The notes: generated by a model not told the origin, from the sequence alone. A DNA stretch of 51,505 nt from an uncultured Anaerococcus sp. (GCA_943913325.1 CALTXP010000001.1:1-51505), one strand, 5' to 3'. Counted from the stretch's first letter, positions 20,839-30,573 are shown. A program made the numbers and translations.

Positions 20839-21480
20839 GTGAAATATAAGCTAATAATATTTGATATGGATGGCTTGATGTTTGATACTGAAAAAATGTA
20901 TTATGAATCTTGCAAAAAATTTGCTCTAGATTATGGATTCTCATATGATATAGACAAAAGAAATCAAATGGCTGGAATGAGTGAATCTGGTATTCATAGA
21001 TTTATTGCAGCTGATATAGGCAGTGAAGAAAAAACTACACAGTTTAGAACTAAACTTAAAGAATATAGAGAAGAATACTTTAAAACTTATGATAAGAGTC
21101 TTAAAAAAGAAGGACTTGATCAACTTTTAGAATTTATTAAAGAAAATAATGTTAGAGCCTGTGTTGCATCATCTTCTTCTAGAGAAAAAGTTTCATTTTT
21201 ATTGGATAAGGAGAATATTTCTGGATACTTTGATTTTATTATCTCTGGAGAAGAGCTTAAAGAAAGTAAGCCAAATCCAGAAATATTTATAAAAGCAATA
21301 GAAAAATCAGGAGTTAACAAAAATGAAGCTCTTATATTAGAAGATTCCAATAATGGATATAAGGCTGCAAAAGCATCTAGAATTGATTACTTTATAATTC
21401 ATGACACTTCCTTTGATAAAAACTTTGATGCTGATAGAGAACTTGATAATCTTTATCAAGTTATAGATTATATAAGTTAA
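20839..21480 (+). CDS. HAD-superfamily phosphatase (beta-PGM-like, subfamily IA)
   Basis: FDMDGL.FDTE, ASSS, KPNPEIF, EDS.NG. GTG start with RBS aggga. Confidence 0.9.
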   Translation: MKYKLIIFDMDGLMFDTEKMYYESCKKFALDYGFSYDIDKRNQMAGMSESGIHRFIAADIGSEEKTTQFRTKLKEYREEYFKTYDKSLKKEGLDQLLEFIKENNVRACVASSSSREKVSFLLDKENISGYFDFIISGEELKESKPNPEIFIKAIEKSGVNKNEALILEDSNNGYKAAKASRIDYFIIHDTSFDKNFDADRELDNLYQVIDYIS

Positions 21481-21781
21481 TCATTAAATAATTGTATTAT
21501 AGAGTTAAGGATACTAATATATAAAATATGCTACTATATATAGCTACTTAACTTATGAATGGAACATATCATAGTAGTGTAGTTTTTAGATGAGATTTAT
21601 ATTTTCTATATATGAAAAAGATCAAAAATTTTAATAAAGTTTTCCTCAACTTTGATTTATAAGTGATAGATGTTGGAATTTCAAGTATATGCACTTTGAG
21701 AATTATTTGCCAAAGTTTATGTAAAATGATATAGTTAGTAGTAAGAAGTTTCAAATTTTAACGTGTTAAGGGATGGAAGTT

Positions 21782-22891
21782 ATGGCAAAAACACTTGTAG
21801 ATAAATTAGAAAAAACAAATTTTGCTGTGTTAAACTCAATGGTTGATTGGGTTAGGGTAGTAGACCCTAGTGGTAATACTGTATTTATTAATAATTCTTT
21901 AAAAGGTGCTAGGAAGAAATCCAAAGATCTTAAAATATATTTAGATGAAAATGTCCCCCTTAACCTTGCAAGTGAAAATGAATCTATTAGAAATACTACT
22001 GTAGTTGAAGAAAAACTTATTTCTGAAAGATATTATAGTATAAAAGCTTCTCCTGTTTTTTATGAAGATGAGTATAAGGGTACAGTTGAAGTTTTTCGAG
22101 ATATAACTAGAGAAACTATGATGAAAATTGAGTTATTTGAAGCTAACCGAAGCATGCTTGATGATATAAGATTTGTAAGAAAGGTTCAATCCTCTATCTT
22201 ACCTAAGAGTAAGGACTATGGAAATATTAATTTAGAGGGCATATATGTACCTAGTGCCAATGTTTCTGGAGATCTTTATGATATTATAAAGCTGGATGAT
22301 AATAAATATGCTTTTTATATAGCTGATGTAATGGGACATGGAGTCAAAGCATCTATTATGACTATGTTTATTAAGGTATCAATGAGCTCAATTTTTGACA
22401 AACATCCAGAACTTACTCCATCAGATGCCTTTCTTAGACTCCGTAAAAGATTTTTTGATTTAGATATAGATTCTTCTCAATATTTTACTGCTTGGCTTGG
22501 AATCTTTGATTTCAAGGACAATAGCTTAATTTTTTCTAATGCAGGTCACAATTGTCCACCGATGTTATATAAAAATAGTGTTTATGATTGTGAATTTCTC
22601 CATGCCAATGGTAGGATGATTTCAAATATTATAGAACCAGATAAATATAATGAAGTGATACTTAGCTTAGAAGAAGGAGATAAGATTCTTTTTTTTACTG
22701 ATGGAGCAATAGAAGCTAGTAACGAAGATAAAAAAGAATTTGGCCTTGAAAGATTAAGAGAAACCTTTTATAAGTTTCAAGATATAAATAAGATATATGG
22801 TATAATAAGCGATTTTACTTGGGGTGAACAAAAAGATGATACAACCCTTGCTATGATTTCTTATAAGGAGAATAAAGATGAAGTTAAATAG
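21782..22891 (+). CDS. PAS-like domain + PP2C (SpoIIE/RsbU-type) Ser/Thr phosphatase
   Basis: SGDLYD, ADVMGHG, NAGH, FTDG, DDTT. PAS-like N-terminus (..VEVFRDIT). Start 21782 fits RBS aaggga; the ORF track gives 21773. Confidence 0.9.
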   Translation: MAKTLVDKLEKTNFAVLNSMVDWVRVVDPSGNTVFINNSLKGARKKSKDLKIYLDENVPLNLASENESIRNTTVVEEKLISERYYSIKASPVFYEDEYKGTVEVFRDITRETMMKIELFEANRSMLDDIRFVRKVQSSILPKSKDYGNINLEGIYVPSANVSGDLYDIIKLDDNKYAFYIADVMGHGVKASIMTMFIKVSMSSIFDKHPELTPSDAFLRLRKRFFDLDIDSSQYFTAWLGIFDFKDNSLIFSNAGHNCPPMLYKNSVYDCEFLHANGRMISNIIEPDKYNEVILSLEEGDKILFFTDGAIEASNEDKKEFGLERLRETFYKFQDINKIYGIISDFTWGEQKDDTTLAMISYKENKDEVK

Positions 22892-23519
22892 ATTGATTGA
22901 TCATACGAATCTTAAACCAGATGCCACGAGCTCTGATATAAAAAAGCTTGTAGATGAAGCTATTGAAAATGACTTTTATAGTGTATGCGTAAATTCATCA
23001 TTTGTAAAACTTATTAAAAACTATAACAAAGATGTAAAGATAGCTGCGGTTGTAGGTTTTCCACTAGGAGCTATGGATACATCTGCTAAAGCTTATGAAA
23101 CAAAATGTGCCATAAAGGATGGTGCTGATGAAATTGATATGGTTATAGAAATTGGTAGATTAAAGGAAAAAGACTATGACTATGTTATAAAAGATATAAG
23201 GGCAGTTAAGGAAGCTTGTGGAAATAATATTTTAAAAGTTATTTTAGAAACTTGTCTACTTACAGAAGAAGAAATCATAAAAGCTTGTGAACTTGCTGTC
23301 AAAGCAGGGGCTGATTTTGTAAAAACATCTACAGGGTTTTCAACAGATGGAGCAAAATCTAAACACGTAGCTCTTATGCGAAAAACAGTTGGTCCTGATA
23401 TAGGAGTTAAAGCTAGTGGAGGGATTCATACAGCAAATGAAGCTTTAGAAATGATAGAGGCAGGAGCTAGCAGAATTGGAGCAAGTAAGTCTATAGAAAT
23501 TTGTGTAGGGGATAAATAA
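22878..23519 (+). CDS. deoC: Deoxyribose-phosphate aldolase
   Basis: [40 protein letters not shown]. Confidence 0.97.
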   Translation: MKLNRLIDHTNLKPDATSSDIKKLVDEAIENDFYSVCVNSSFVKLIKNYNKDVKIAAVVGFPLGAMDTSAKAYETKCAIKDGADEIDMVIEIGRLKEKDYDYVIKDIRAVKEACGNNILKVILETCLLTEEEIIKACELAVKAGADFVKTSTGFSTDGAKSKHVALMRKTVGPDIGVKASGGIHTANEALEMIEAGASRIGASKSIEICVGDK

Positions 23520-24970
23520 TGGCAAATGAAGTAATGATGCAATCTTTCGAGTGGGACAGCCCGGCAGATGGCAGTTTTTATAAAAATCTAAGTAAAAATG
23601 CAAAGAAACTTAAAGAAAATGGTATAGATGCACTTTGGATGCCACCTATGACTAAAGGTGGATCTGACATGGATGTAGGCTATGGTATCTACGACCTTTG
23701 GGATCTAGGAGAATTCGATCAAAAAGGTACAACTAGAACTAAATATGGAACTAAGAAAGAGCTTTTAGAAGCTATAGAAGAACTCCATAAGGTAGGCATA
23801 AAATGCTATGCAGATGTAGTATTAAACCACAAGGGAAACGCTGATGAAAAAGAAAAATTTAAGGCGGTAATGGTTGATCAAAACAACCGTACTAAAGATG
23901 TTGGAGAAGAGACAGATATAGAAGCTTGGACCCATTTTACCTTTCCAGGACGTAAGGGAAAATATTCCAAGATGCAGTGGCACTGGTATCATTTTACAGG
24001 CGTAGATTATGATAATCTATCAGATACTTCTGCAATTTATAGGATAGTTGGTGATGGCAAATATTGGGATGAGGATGTTTCTAATGAAAATGGAAACTTT
24101 GATTATCTTATGTATGATGATATAGATCATAATCATCCAGAAGTTCATGATGAGATTTTTAAATGGGTTGATTGGTTCATAGAGGAAACTGGAGTGGATG
24201 GTTTTCGCTATGATGCTCTTAAGCATATATCAGAAAACTTTATCCATGATTTATCTAGTCATATCATAGATGAAAAAGGAATAGATAGTTTTTATTTATT
24301 TGGTGAATTTTGGCAGTATTCTAAAGAATCTATAGAAGAATATCTTAATACTACGTCATATCAAATAGATTTATTTGATGTACCACTTCATTTTCATTTA
24401 GAAGAAGCATCTAAATCTATGGGAAATTATGATATGAGAAATATTTTTGATAATACAATAGTAGAAGATTTTCCAGAGCAAGCGGTTACCTTTGTAGATA
24501 ATCATGATAGTCAACCAGGACAAGCTCTAGAATCTTGGATAGAAGACTGGTTTAAAGAAATAGCCTATGCCTTAATTTTATTTAGAAAAGATGGATATCC
24601 ATGTATATTTGCAGGTGATTATTATGGACTTTGTGGCAAAACAAAGACAGATCCATTAGAAGATATGATTAATAATATGCTAAAAATCCGTAAGAACTAC
24701 AATTATGGAGAACAAGATGATTATTTCGATGATCCAGCAGTTATAGGTTGGGTTAGACGTGGAGATGAAGATCATAAACCACTAGCAGTACTAATTTCAA
24801 TTAAAGATAATGCAGAAAAACAAATGCACGTTGGAGAAAGCGAAGCAGGTGCTACTTATGTAGACCTATCAGGTAAGAATAACGAAGTAGTTATAGATGA
24901 TGATGGAAATGGATTGTTTACAGTAGGTGGCGGAAAAGTAACTTATTGGGCAAATAAAGAAACTTTATGA
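23519..24970 (+). CDS. Cytoplasmic alpha-amylase (GH13, AmyA/AmyS type)
   Basis: MMQSFEW, DVVLNH, GFRYDALKH, GEFW, FVDNHD. No signal peptide. Confidence 0.93.
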   Translation: MANEVMMQSFEWDSPADGSFYKNLSKNAKKLKENGIDALWMPPMTKGGSDMDVGYGIYDLWDLGEFDQKGTTRTKYGTKKELLEAIEELHKVGIKCYADVVLNHKGNADEKEKFKAVMVDQNNRTKDVGEETDIEAWTHFTFPGRKGKYSKMQWHWYHFTGVDYDNLSDTSAIYRIVGDGKYWDEDVSNENGNFDYLMYDDIDHNHPEVHDEIFKWVDWFIEETGVDGFRYDALKHISENFIHDLSSHIIDEKGIDSFYLFGEFWQYSKESIEEYLNTTSYQIDLFDVPLHFHLEEASKSMGNYDMRNIFDNTIVEDFPEQAVTFVDNHDSQPGQALESWIEDWFKEIAYALILFRKDGYPCIFAGDYYGLCGKTKTDPLEDMINNMLKIRKNYNYGEQDDYFDDPAVIGWVRRGDEDHKPLAVLISIKDNAEKQMHVGESEAGATYVDLSGKNNEVVIDDDGNGLFTVGGGKVTYWANKETL

Positions 24971-25554
24971 AATATTATGCAGTAAAAAAAGGCAAGAATC
25001 CTGGGATATATACATCCTGGGATTCTTGTTTAAAAGAAGTAAAAGGCTATAGTGGAGCAATTTATAAGTCATTTAAAAGTTTAGAAGATGCTAATTCCTT
25101 TATGGCTGATAGTAATAAGGAGTTAGAATTAACGGAAAATTCTGTAATCGCTTATGTAGATGGTTCTTATAACCAAAAATTAAAAGTTTATGGATCAGGA
25201 GTAGTATATATTACAGAAGGAAAAGAAAAGGAGCTAATGAAATCTTATAATGACTCTTATCATATTCATAGAAATGTAGCAGGAGAAGTTAAGGCAAGTG
25301 AGCTTGCTATAGGTGAAGCTATCAAGGATAATAAAGATCAAATAGTAGTTTATCACGACTACCAGGGCATAGCAAGTTGGGCAGACGGTTCTTGGAAAAC
25401 TAACAATGATCTTACCAAATCCTATAAGAGATATATAGATGAATCAAGAAAAAAAATAAAAATAAATTTTGTAAAAGTAAAAGGTCACTCCAACGACAAA
25501 TACAATGATAAAGCAGATTTACTTGCAAAAAAGGCTTGCGGTATAGAAATATAA
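24967..25554 (+). CDS. rnhA: Ribonuclease HI with N-terminal viroplasmin (hybrid-binding) domain
   Basis: KYYAVKKG..PGIY.SW..C, YVDGS, RNVAGE, HDY.G, KVKGHS...N.KAD.LA. Confidence 0.9.
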   Translation: MKYYAVKKGKNPGIYTSWDSCLKEVKGYSGAIYKSFKSLEDANSFMADSNKELELTENSVIAYVDGSYNQKLKVYGSGVVYITEGKEKELMKSYNDSYHIHRNVAGEVKASELAIGEAIKDNKDQIVVYHDYQGIASWADGSWKTNNDLTKSYKRYIDESRKKIKINFVKVKGHSNDKYNDKADLLAKKACGIEI

Positions 25555-25728
25555 AAAAGCTGTTACAAATAATAGATATCTATCATTCTATCATTAGATG
25601 AGCCAATAGAAAATCTTAGATATAGCCCTCTGGTTAAAGGGGAAAAGCTTGCTAGCTGATAGAGATACTTCTTGATAGAAGGATTGAATTTTTAAAAATG
25701 ATTTATCTATTTTAAAACAGCTTTTTTT
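25553..25728. repeat. Rod-like inverted-repeat element, copy 3 (diverged), likely also a bidirectional terminator
   Basis: aaaaaagctgtt/aacagctttttt, aatagata/tatctatt, atcatt/aatgat, ttctatca/tgatagaa. Lies between convergent genes. Confidence 0.55.
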
Positions 25729-25779
25729 ATTTTGATTTATTGTTAATTTATAATACAAAAAAATATATTAAAATCATAA

Positions 25780-26928
25780 CTAAGCAATTAGCATAAATAC
25801 TATATGCGCTGAAAATCCAGCAACAAGACCTCCAATAGTATGTGAAAAAATAGCCTTACTAGTAAGATCTTTTGATCCAATAGCATCCATCATTGCAACA
25901 TGAGTAGATAAATAACCTGACCAGCACATACAGATTGCTGTGAACACTGCTAGGTCATTAGCACTTGCAAGATTAGAAGTTACAAGTCCCTTAGCAACTC
26001 CCATAGCTGCTCCTGCAGATCCTAGGGCTGTTATGGGAACTGCTATTGATTCACTATGAGTAAATCCAAATAAAGGATTTAATATAAAAGAAAGTTTATT
26101 TCCTATCCATGGTAGAACAGGAATACCTTCATTAATGGCACCTGTATAAATCCCATCAGGATTTGCTGTGTTTGTTAAAAGCATTATGATAGTGCATATA
26201 CTTATAACACCAGGAATTATTGATACTCCCATTTTTACACCAGACTTACCCCCATCTAGCAAAGCTTCTATAAATCTTACTCCGACAGAGCCATTTCGAA
26301 TAGTTCTAGAATCTTTTGGCAAATCTTTAAGGGATTCTACATTTACCATTTCTTCTGTTCCATATTCTTTTTTAGTAAATGTTTGCATTATTCTAACGCT
26401 TACAATAGATCCTATGAAAGCTCCAAGGTTTCCTATAAGGGCAGCTTTGCCAGCTTTTTCTAAAGGTAAGGCACCTAGGCTAGTAGTAACTATTAGGCCC
26501 ATACCAAATGATGTCCCTAGATTAGTCAAAGATGGTAATTGAAACTTTTTAAATAGTGATTTAAAATTATCCTCATCTGCTAGAGTTAATATTGATGGGT
26601 TATCTGACAAATAGCAATTTAATATACCTAGAGAAGATGCTCCTGGAAGATTATAGATAGGCTTCATTATTTTTGAAAGCAAGACATTTATTAATGCTAT
26701 AAATCCAAACTCAGCAAATAAAGCTGATAGAGCGCCTGTTAATACACATATTGCCATAAGATAAAAACAAGTATTTATAAGCAAATCAAAGGCTTGACTC
26801 ATAATTGTTGAAAGCATATTAGTAAGGCCCATTGTTTTTGCTACAGGGATAAAGAATCCGAAAAATAGGATTACAAATATAAAATTTTCCTTGCTAATAT
26901 TTTTTATATATTTTCTTTGATTATCCAT
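25780..26928 (-). CDS. Uncharacterised polytopic membrane protein (CD0519/CD1768-like, possible transporter)
   Basis: 382 aa, many TMs, motifs YLSDNP, NLGTSFGMG, WSGYLSTH. RBS agagg on the minus strand. Confidence 0.7.
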   Translation of the reverse strand: MDNQRKYIKNISKENFIFVILFFGFFIPVAKTMGLTNMLSTIMSQAFDLLINTCFYLMAICVLTGALSALFAEFGFIALINVLLSKIMKPIYNLPGASSLGILNCYLSDNPSILTLADEDNFKSLFKKFQLPSLTNLGTSFGMGLIVTTSLGALPLEKAGKAALIGNLGAFIGSIVSVRIMQTFTKKEYGTEEMVNVESLKDLPKDSRTIRNGSVGVRFIEALLDGGKSGVKMGVSIIPGVISICTIIMLLTNTANPDGIYTGAINEGIPVLPWIGNKLSFILNPLFGFTHSESIAVPITALGSAGAAMGVAKGLVTSNLASANDLAVFTAICMCWSGYLSTHVAMMDAIGSKDLTSKAIFSHTIGGLVAGFSAHIVFMLIA

Positions 26929-27028
26929 TATAACCTCTTTTCTAATATGTATAATTATAATAGATTAATAAAATATTGTCTATTAAGACTTGTAAAATAT
27001 AGAGATATTAGTAGAATATATTATATAA

Positions 27029-27088
27029 ATGGAAATGAAGTTCTTCCATGAAATTATTCAAAACCGCTAAAAGCTGATGACTTCTGCA
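27029..27088 (+). ncRNA. Fluoride (crcB) riboswitch
   Basis: ggaaatgaagttcttcc...aaccgct-aaa-agctgatgacttctgc matches the GGnnAUGrrGU.C.CC...ACCGC..GCUrAUGAC..CU consensus. Pseudoknot gaagtt (27037-42) with gacttc (27079-84). Confidence 0.9.
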
Positions 27089-27112
27089 TACGCAGGGTTA
27101 TCAGCTTTTTTT
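27069..27112 (+). terminator. Terminator overlapping the fluoride aptamer (ON-switch platform)
   Basis: aaaagctgatgacttctgc-atac-gcagggttatcagctttttt. Confidence 0.85.
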
Positions 27113-27210
27113 ATTAGTATAAGTTATATTGAATATATATTAATATCTAGTGTTTATTTATAAAAAATAAGAAGATGCCCTTCATTTCTAAATTTAAAAA
27201 AGGAGATTTT

Positions 27211-28404
27211 ATGTTAACCGATATAGCTGTTATTTTTATTTTAGGTATTATATTTGCAAGATTTTCAGAAAAGATAGGGCTTGCACCTATTATAGGCATG
27301 CTTATTGCAGGTATATTAATAAGTCCTAATCAACTTGGGCTTGTTAGTGAAAGTATTGTAAATTTAAGTGCTGATTTAAGACAAATTGCCTTGGTAACTA
27401 TATTGACTCGTGCGGGACTTTCTTTAAACATTGATAAACTAAAAAAAGTTGGACGTCCAGCTATTTTTTTAAGCTTTTTGCCAGCTACTTTTGAGATGCT
27501 AGGATTAATTATTTTTGGCAGGATGATATTTAAGATAAATACTATAGACGCAGGTATACTTGCAGCAGTTTTAGCAGCAGTAAGCCCAGCTATAGTTGTA
27601 CCACGAATGATAAAACTTATGGATGAAGGATATGGAAAAGATAAAAGTATTCCTGAGATGATTTTAGCTGGAGCTAGTGTAGATGATGTATTTGTAATAG
27701 TATTTTTCTCCTCTTTTTTAGCTCTAAAAACTGGAGGCCAATTATCAGCTATGAGCTTTATAAATATTCCTATTTCTATAGCAACAGGGATTTTACTAGG
27801 GATAGTTGTAGGTCAAATTTCAACTAGCCTATTTAGAAAGTTTAATTTAGCTTCTATATACAAAGCTATGATATTTATAAGTATTTCATTTCTTATGTTG
27901 AAATTACAAAGCATGGTAGAAGATTATATAGCCATAGCAGCTTTAATATCAATTATGACATCTGGAATGATTATAAATAGGAAAGATGAAACTTTAACAA
28001 AAGAGCTTTTAAGTTCATATGATAGATTATGGAAAGTATTTGAGCTATTCTTATTTGTACTAGTAGGAATATCTGTAGATATGTCATATGTAAAAGAAGC
28101 TGGAATATTAGCAGTATTATTAATATTAATAGGCTTGATATTTAGGATGGTTGGAGTAAATATTTCTCTTTTAGGAACAAATCTAAATAAAGATGAAAGA
28201 GTCTTCACATCCTTTGCTTATTTGCCAAAAGCCACAGTCCAGGCAGCCATAGGACCTGTAGCTTTATCTATGGGCCTTGCTAGTGGAAATCTAATATTAT
28301 CAGTATCAGTAATAGCGATACTAATTACAGCACCTTTAGGTGCAATACTAACAGACAAGACTTATAAGAAGCTACTTAAAAAGGGAGTTGTTGAAAAACG
28401 ATAA
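27211..28404 (+). CDS. Cation:proton antiporter (NHA/SLC9B-like)
   Basis: About 12 TMs. LTRAGL, AVSPAIVVP, GASVDDV, PKATVQAAIG. Start corrected to 27211 after aaggag. Confidence 0.88.
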   Translation: MLTDIAVIFILGIIFARFSEKIGLAPIIGMLIAGILISPNQLGLVSESIVNLSADLRQIALVTILTRAGLSLNIDKLKKVGRPAIFLSFLPATFEMLGLIIFGRMIFKINTIDAGILAAVLAAVSPAIVVPRMIKLMDEGYGKDKSIPEMILAGASVDDVFVIVFFSSFLALKTGGQLSAMSFINIPISIATGILLGIVVGQISTSLFRKFNLASIYKAMIFISISFLMLKLQSMVEDYIAIAALISIMTSGMIINRKDETLTKELLSSYDRLWKVFELFLFVLVGISVDMSYVKEAGILAVLLILIGLIFRMVGVNISLLGTNLNKDERVFTSFAYLPKATVQAAIGPVALSMGLASGNLILSVSVIAILITAPLGAILTDKTYKKLLKKGVVEKR

Positions 28405-28431
28405 ATAATTATCGTTTTCCAACAACTCCCT
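28382..28431. terminator. 23-bp near-perfect hairpin, bidirectional terminator
   Basis: agggagttgttgaaaaacgataa / ttatcgttttccaacaactccct (22 of 23 paired), between convergent genes. Confidence 0.75.
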
Positions 28432-28435
28432 CATT

Positions 28436-29002
28436 TTACTTATAAGATTCTTCTACTCTAGCAACTTCATTGGCGAGTTTTAGATAATATTGTTGGGCTA
28501 CTTCTAATTCAAAGAGACTTGAATCATCAAAGTAGGCTTGCATTTCATCTACCAACTCTTTAAGTTTAGGATCTTCTCCATGCTTTTTCTTTAACTCGCC
28601 TGCTCTATCTAATAATCCATTAATGCTATGGATAAGTCCCATGGTTTTTGCTTCCTTATCATTTTCAGTAAGTAGTTCACGTAAGGTCCACTTAACATTA
28701 TTTTCTGTTTCTCCTGCCTTATGTTGGATAGTAAGATCATTTTCTCTCATTAGATCTAAAAACTGAAATAACTGATCGCGATCAAATCCTGCAAAAAGTA
28801 TGAATGGAAAATCTAAACTTGCATCAAATTCTAAATCTTTATCATTTTTTTCATAGCCATCGAAACCTAAAAGATAGCCAATGTTTTGATCAATATCATC
28901 TTTTTCAACACGAATAATTTCAATGTCTTTGCTATCAGTAAGATCCTTAAATTTTTCTATGTCGTAATCTTTTTTAATATTATATAATAAAACTTTTGTC
29001 AT
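28436..29002 (-). CDS. DUF3783-like domain protein
   Basis: KVLLYN...Q.IGYLLG...TENN.KWTL.EL..E pattern. RBS gagga. Confidence 0.7.
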   Translation of the reverse strand: MTKVLLYNIKKDYDIEKFKDLTDSKDIEIIRVEKDDIDQNIGYLLGFDGYEKNDKDLEFDASLDFPFILFAGFDRDQLFQFLDLMRENDLTIQHKAGETENNVKWTLRELLTENDKEAKTMGLIHSINGLLDRAGELKKKHGEDPKLKELVDEMQAYFDDSSLFELEVAQQYYLKLANEVARVEESYK

Positions 29003-29104
29003 AATTTCCTCACTTTACTAAAACAACTATACTTTATGAGTAAATGATAAACAAATATTAAAACTGGGTATAAGTATCGTAAATACTAGACATAGGGAGG
29101 GACT

Positions 29105-29662
29105 ATGGCAATTAAAACAACAGCTGGTTACCAAAGACCGGATTATAAATTAAAATTAAAGCAAGTAGAAAGTTTATTAAGACAAGCAAAAGATGTTTTT
29201 AATCAATTAGATAGAGCGGAAAGAAAAATCGATAGCAAATATGATTATTCATCTCATGAAGCTCTTAGAGGAAATTTTTTAGGAAATTTCTTAAGAGGAA
29301 ATAAGGTTAGTGCGGTTAATAGCAATATTGATCGTGCTCAGCAAGCATTATTAGATTTTCATGCAAATTTACTTTTATTTGATGAAAGATTAGCTAACAA
29401 GATTTCATTACCAAGCAAAATGAGTGAATTTTCTTCAGCTAATAGTAAGCCGAGTGATGTTGCTATTAAGACTAATATGCGTTTTAAGCAATTTGATATC
29501 ACAAAATCTAAGAGAACAGTTCAAACTATAATTAGAAGACTAGAAGCTGAAAAGAAGAAAACTGTTTACGAAATTTCTAAAGAAAAAGAACTTGATGAAT
29601 ATATTAAAGATGATTATAAAGGTTCTATAACAGAGCCAAAGAAAGATAATAAGAAAAAATAG
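29105..29662 (+). CDS. Hypothetical coiled-coil protein
   Basis: 185-aa ORF with strong RBS gggagg and a following terminator. Confidence 0.75.
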   Translation: MAIKTTAGYQRPDYKLKLKQVESLLRQAKDVFNQLDRAERKIDSKYDYSSHEALRGNFLGNFLRGNKVSAVNSNIDRAQQALLDFHANLLLFDERLANKISLPSKMSEFSSANSKPSDVAIKTNMRFKQFDITKSKRTVQTIIRRLEAEKKKTVYEISKEKELDEYIKDDYKGSITEPKKDNKKK

Positions 29663-29668
29663 TGAAAG

Positions 29669-29697
29669 AAAAGAGTGTTTTTATGAAACGCTCTTTT
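29669..29697. terminator. Bidirectional terminator
   Basis: aaaagagtgttt-ttatg-aaacgctctttt between convergent genes. Confidence 0.7.
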
Positions 29698-30524
29698 TAT
29701 GTGAACTTTTCTAAATTATTATCTATCAATTTATTAATAGCAAATCCAACACCTGATTTTCGGTTAGATTTTGTTATAAAATCTGCGTGTGATTTTAATT
29801 CTGCTACAGAATTTTCCATAGCTACTGCAAAGCCAGCTTGCTCTAGCATGGGTATATCATTTCTCTCGTTACCAATGCTCATTATTTCCTCTTGTTTTAT
29901 ACCTAAATCCTCTGCCATTACGGATATGGCATATCCTTTATTGGTCTTTTTATTCATTACTTCAATTAAAAATGGGGCTGTTCTAACAGCATAATATTTT
30001 TCGCAAAGATCCTTTGGCATATTGCTATAAAGTTTATCTACAGCAGATCTTTTACCTAAGATTAAGATACGACCAAAAGTTTTATTATCAGCAAAATCAT
30101 CGTATTTTACATAGGTTATAGGGAGTTTTGATATTCTAGCATCTATTTTAGTATAAATACTCGGCTTTTTGTGTCTTGAATAAAATCCCTCATGATCCAT
30201 TGCAGAAACTTCTACATTAAAATCTTTTACTAGATCATCTACAATTTTTAAGTCTACTGGATTTTGGAAAGTGCCTGAGATAGGCTTGTGGCTTGCATTA
30301 TCAAAAATATATGATCCATTTTGGCAGACAGTAAAATTGCCCTTTCTATCTAAACCAATTTTTTTGTTAATGGATTTCATACCAGAATAAGGTCTGCCGG
30401 ATGCTAAAGCTATATGTACTCCCATATCACGAGCCTTGTCTATAGCCTTTATATTTTCACTTGTAAGTCTTTTTAGTGGTGTAACAAGGGTGCCATCCAC
30501 ATCAATGGTTATTAATTTAATCAT
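29697..30524 (-). CDS. Cof-type HAD-IIB hydrolase
   Basis: IDVDGTL, ASGR, NG, NKG, GNERND..M. Confidence 0.92.
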   Translation of the reverse strand: MIKLITIDVDGTLVTPLKRLTSENIKAIDKARDMGVHIALASGRPYSGMKSINKKIGLDRKGNFTVCQNGSYIFDNASHKPISGTFQNPVDLKIVDDLVKDFNVEVSAMDHEGFYSRHKKPSIYTKIDARISKLPITYVKYDDFADNKTFGRILILGKRSAVDKLYSNMPKDLCEKYYAVRTAPFLIEVMNKKTNKGYAISVMAEDLGIKQEEIMSIGNERNDIPMLEQAGFAVAMENSVAELKSHADFITKSNRKSGVGFAINKLIDNNLEKFT

Positions 30525-30573
30525 AGTAGAACTATACCTTTAATAAGTAAGACAAGCATATAGCTCTAAATAA

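Noticed and set aside
21569..21754. 61-aa minus-strand ORF in an intergenic gap
   Set aside because: No RBS seen, overlaps the promoter of the PP2C operon, and has no recognisable motif.
26168..26542. 124-aa plus-strand ORF
   Set aside because: Antisense shadow of the 382-aa membrane protein.
29662..29994. 110-aa plus-strand ORF
   Set aside because: Antisense shadow of the Cof hydrolase, and it runs through a terminator.
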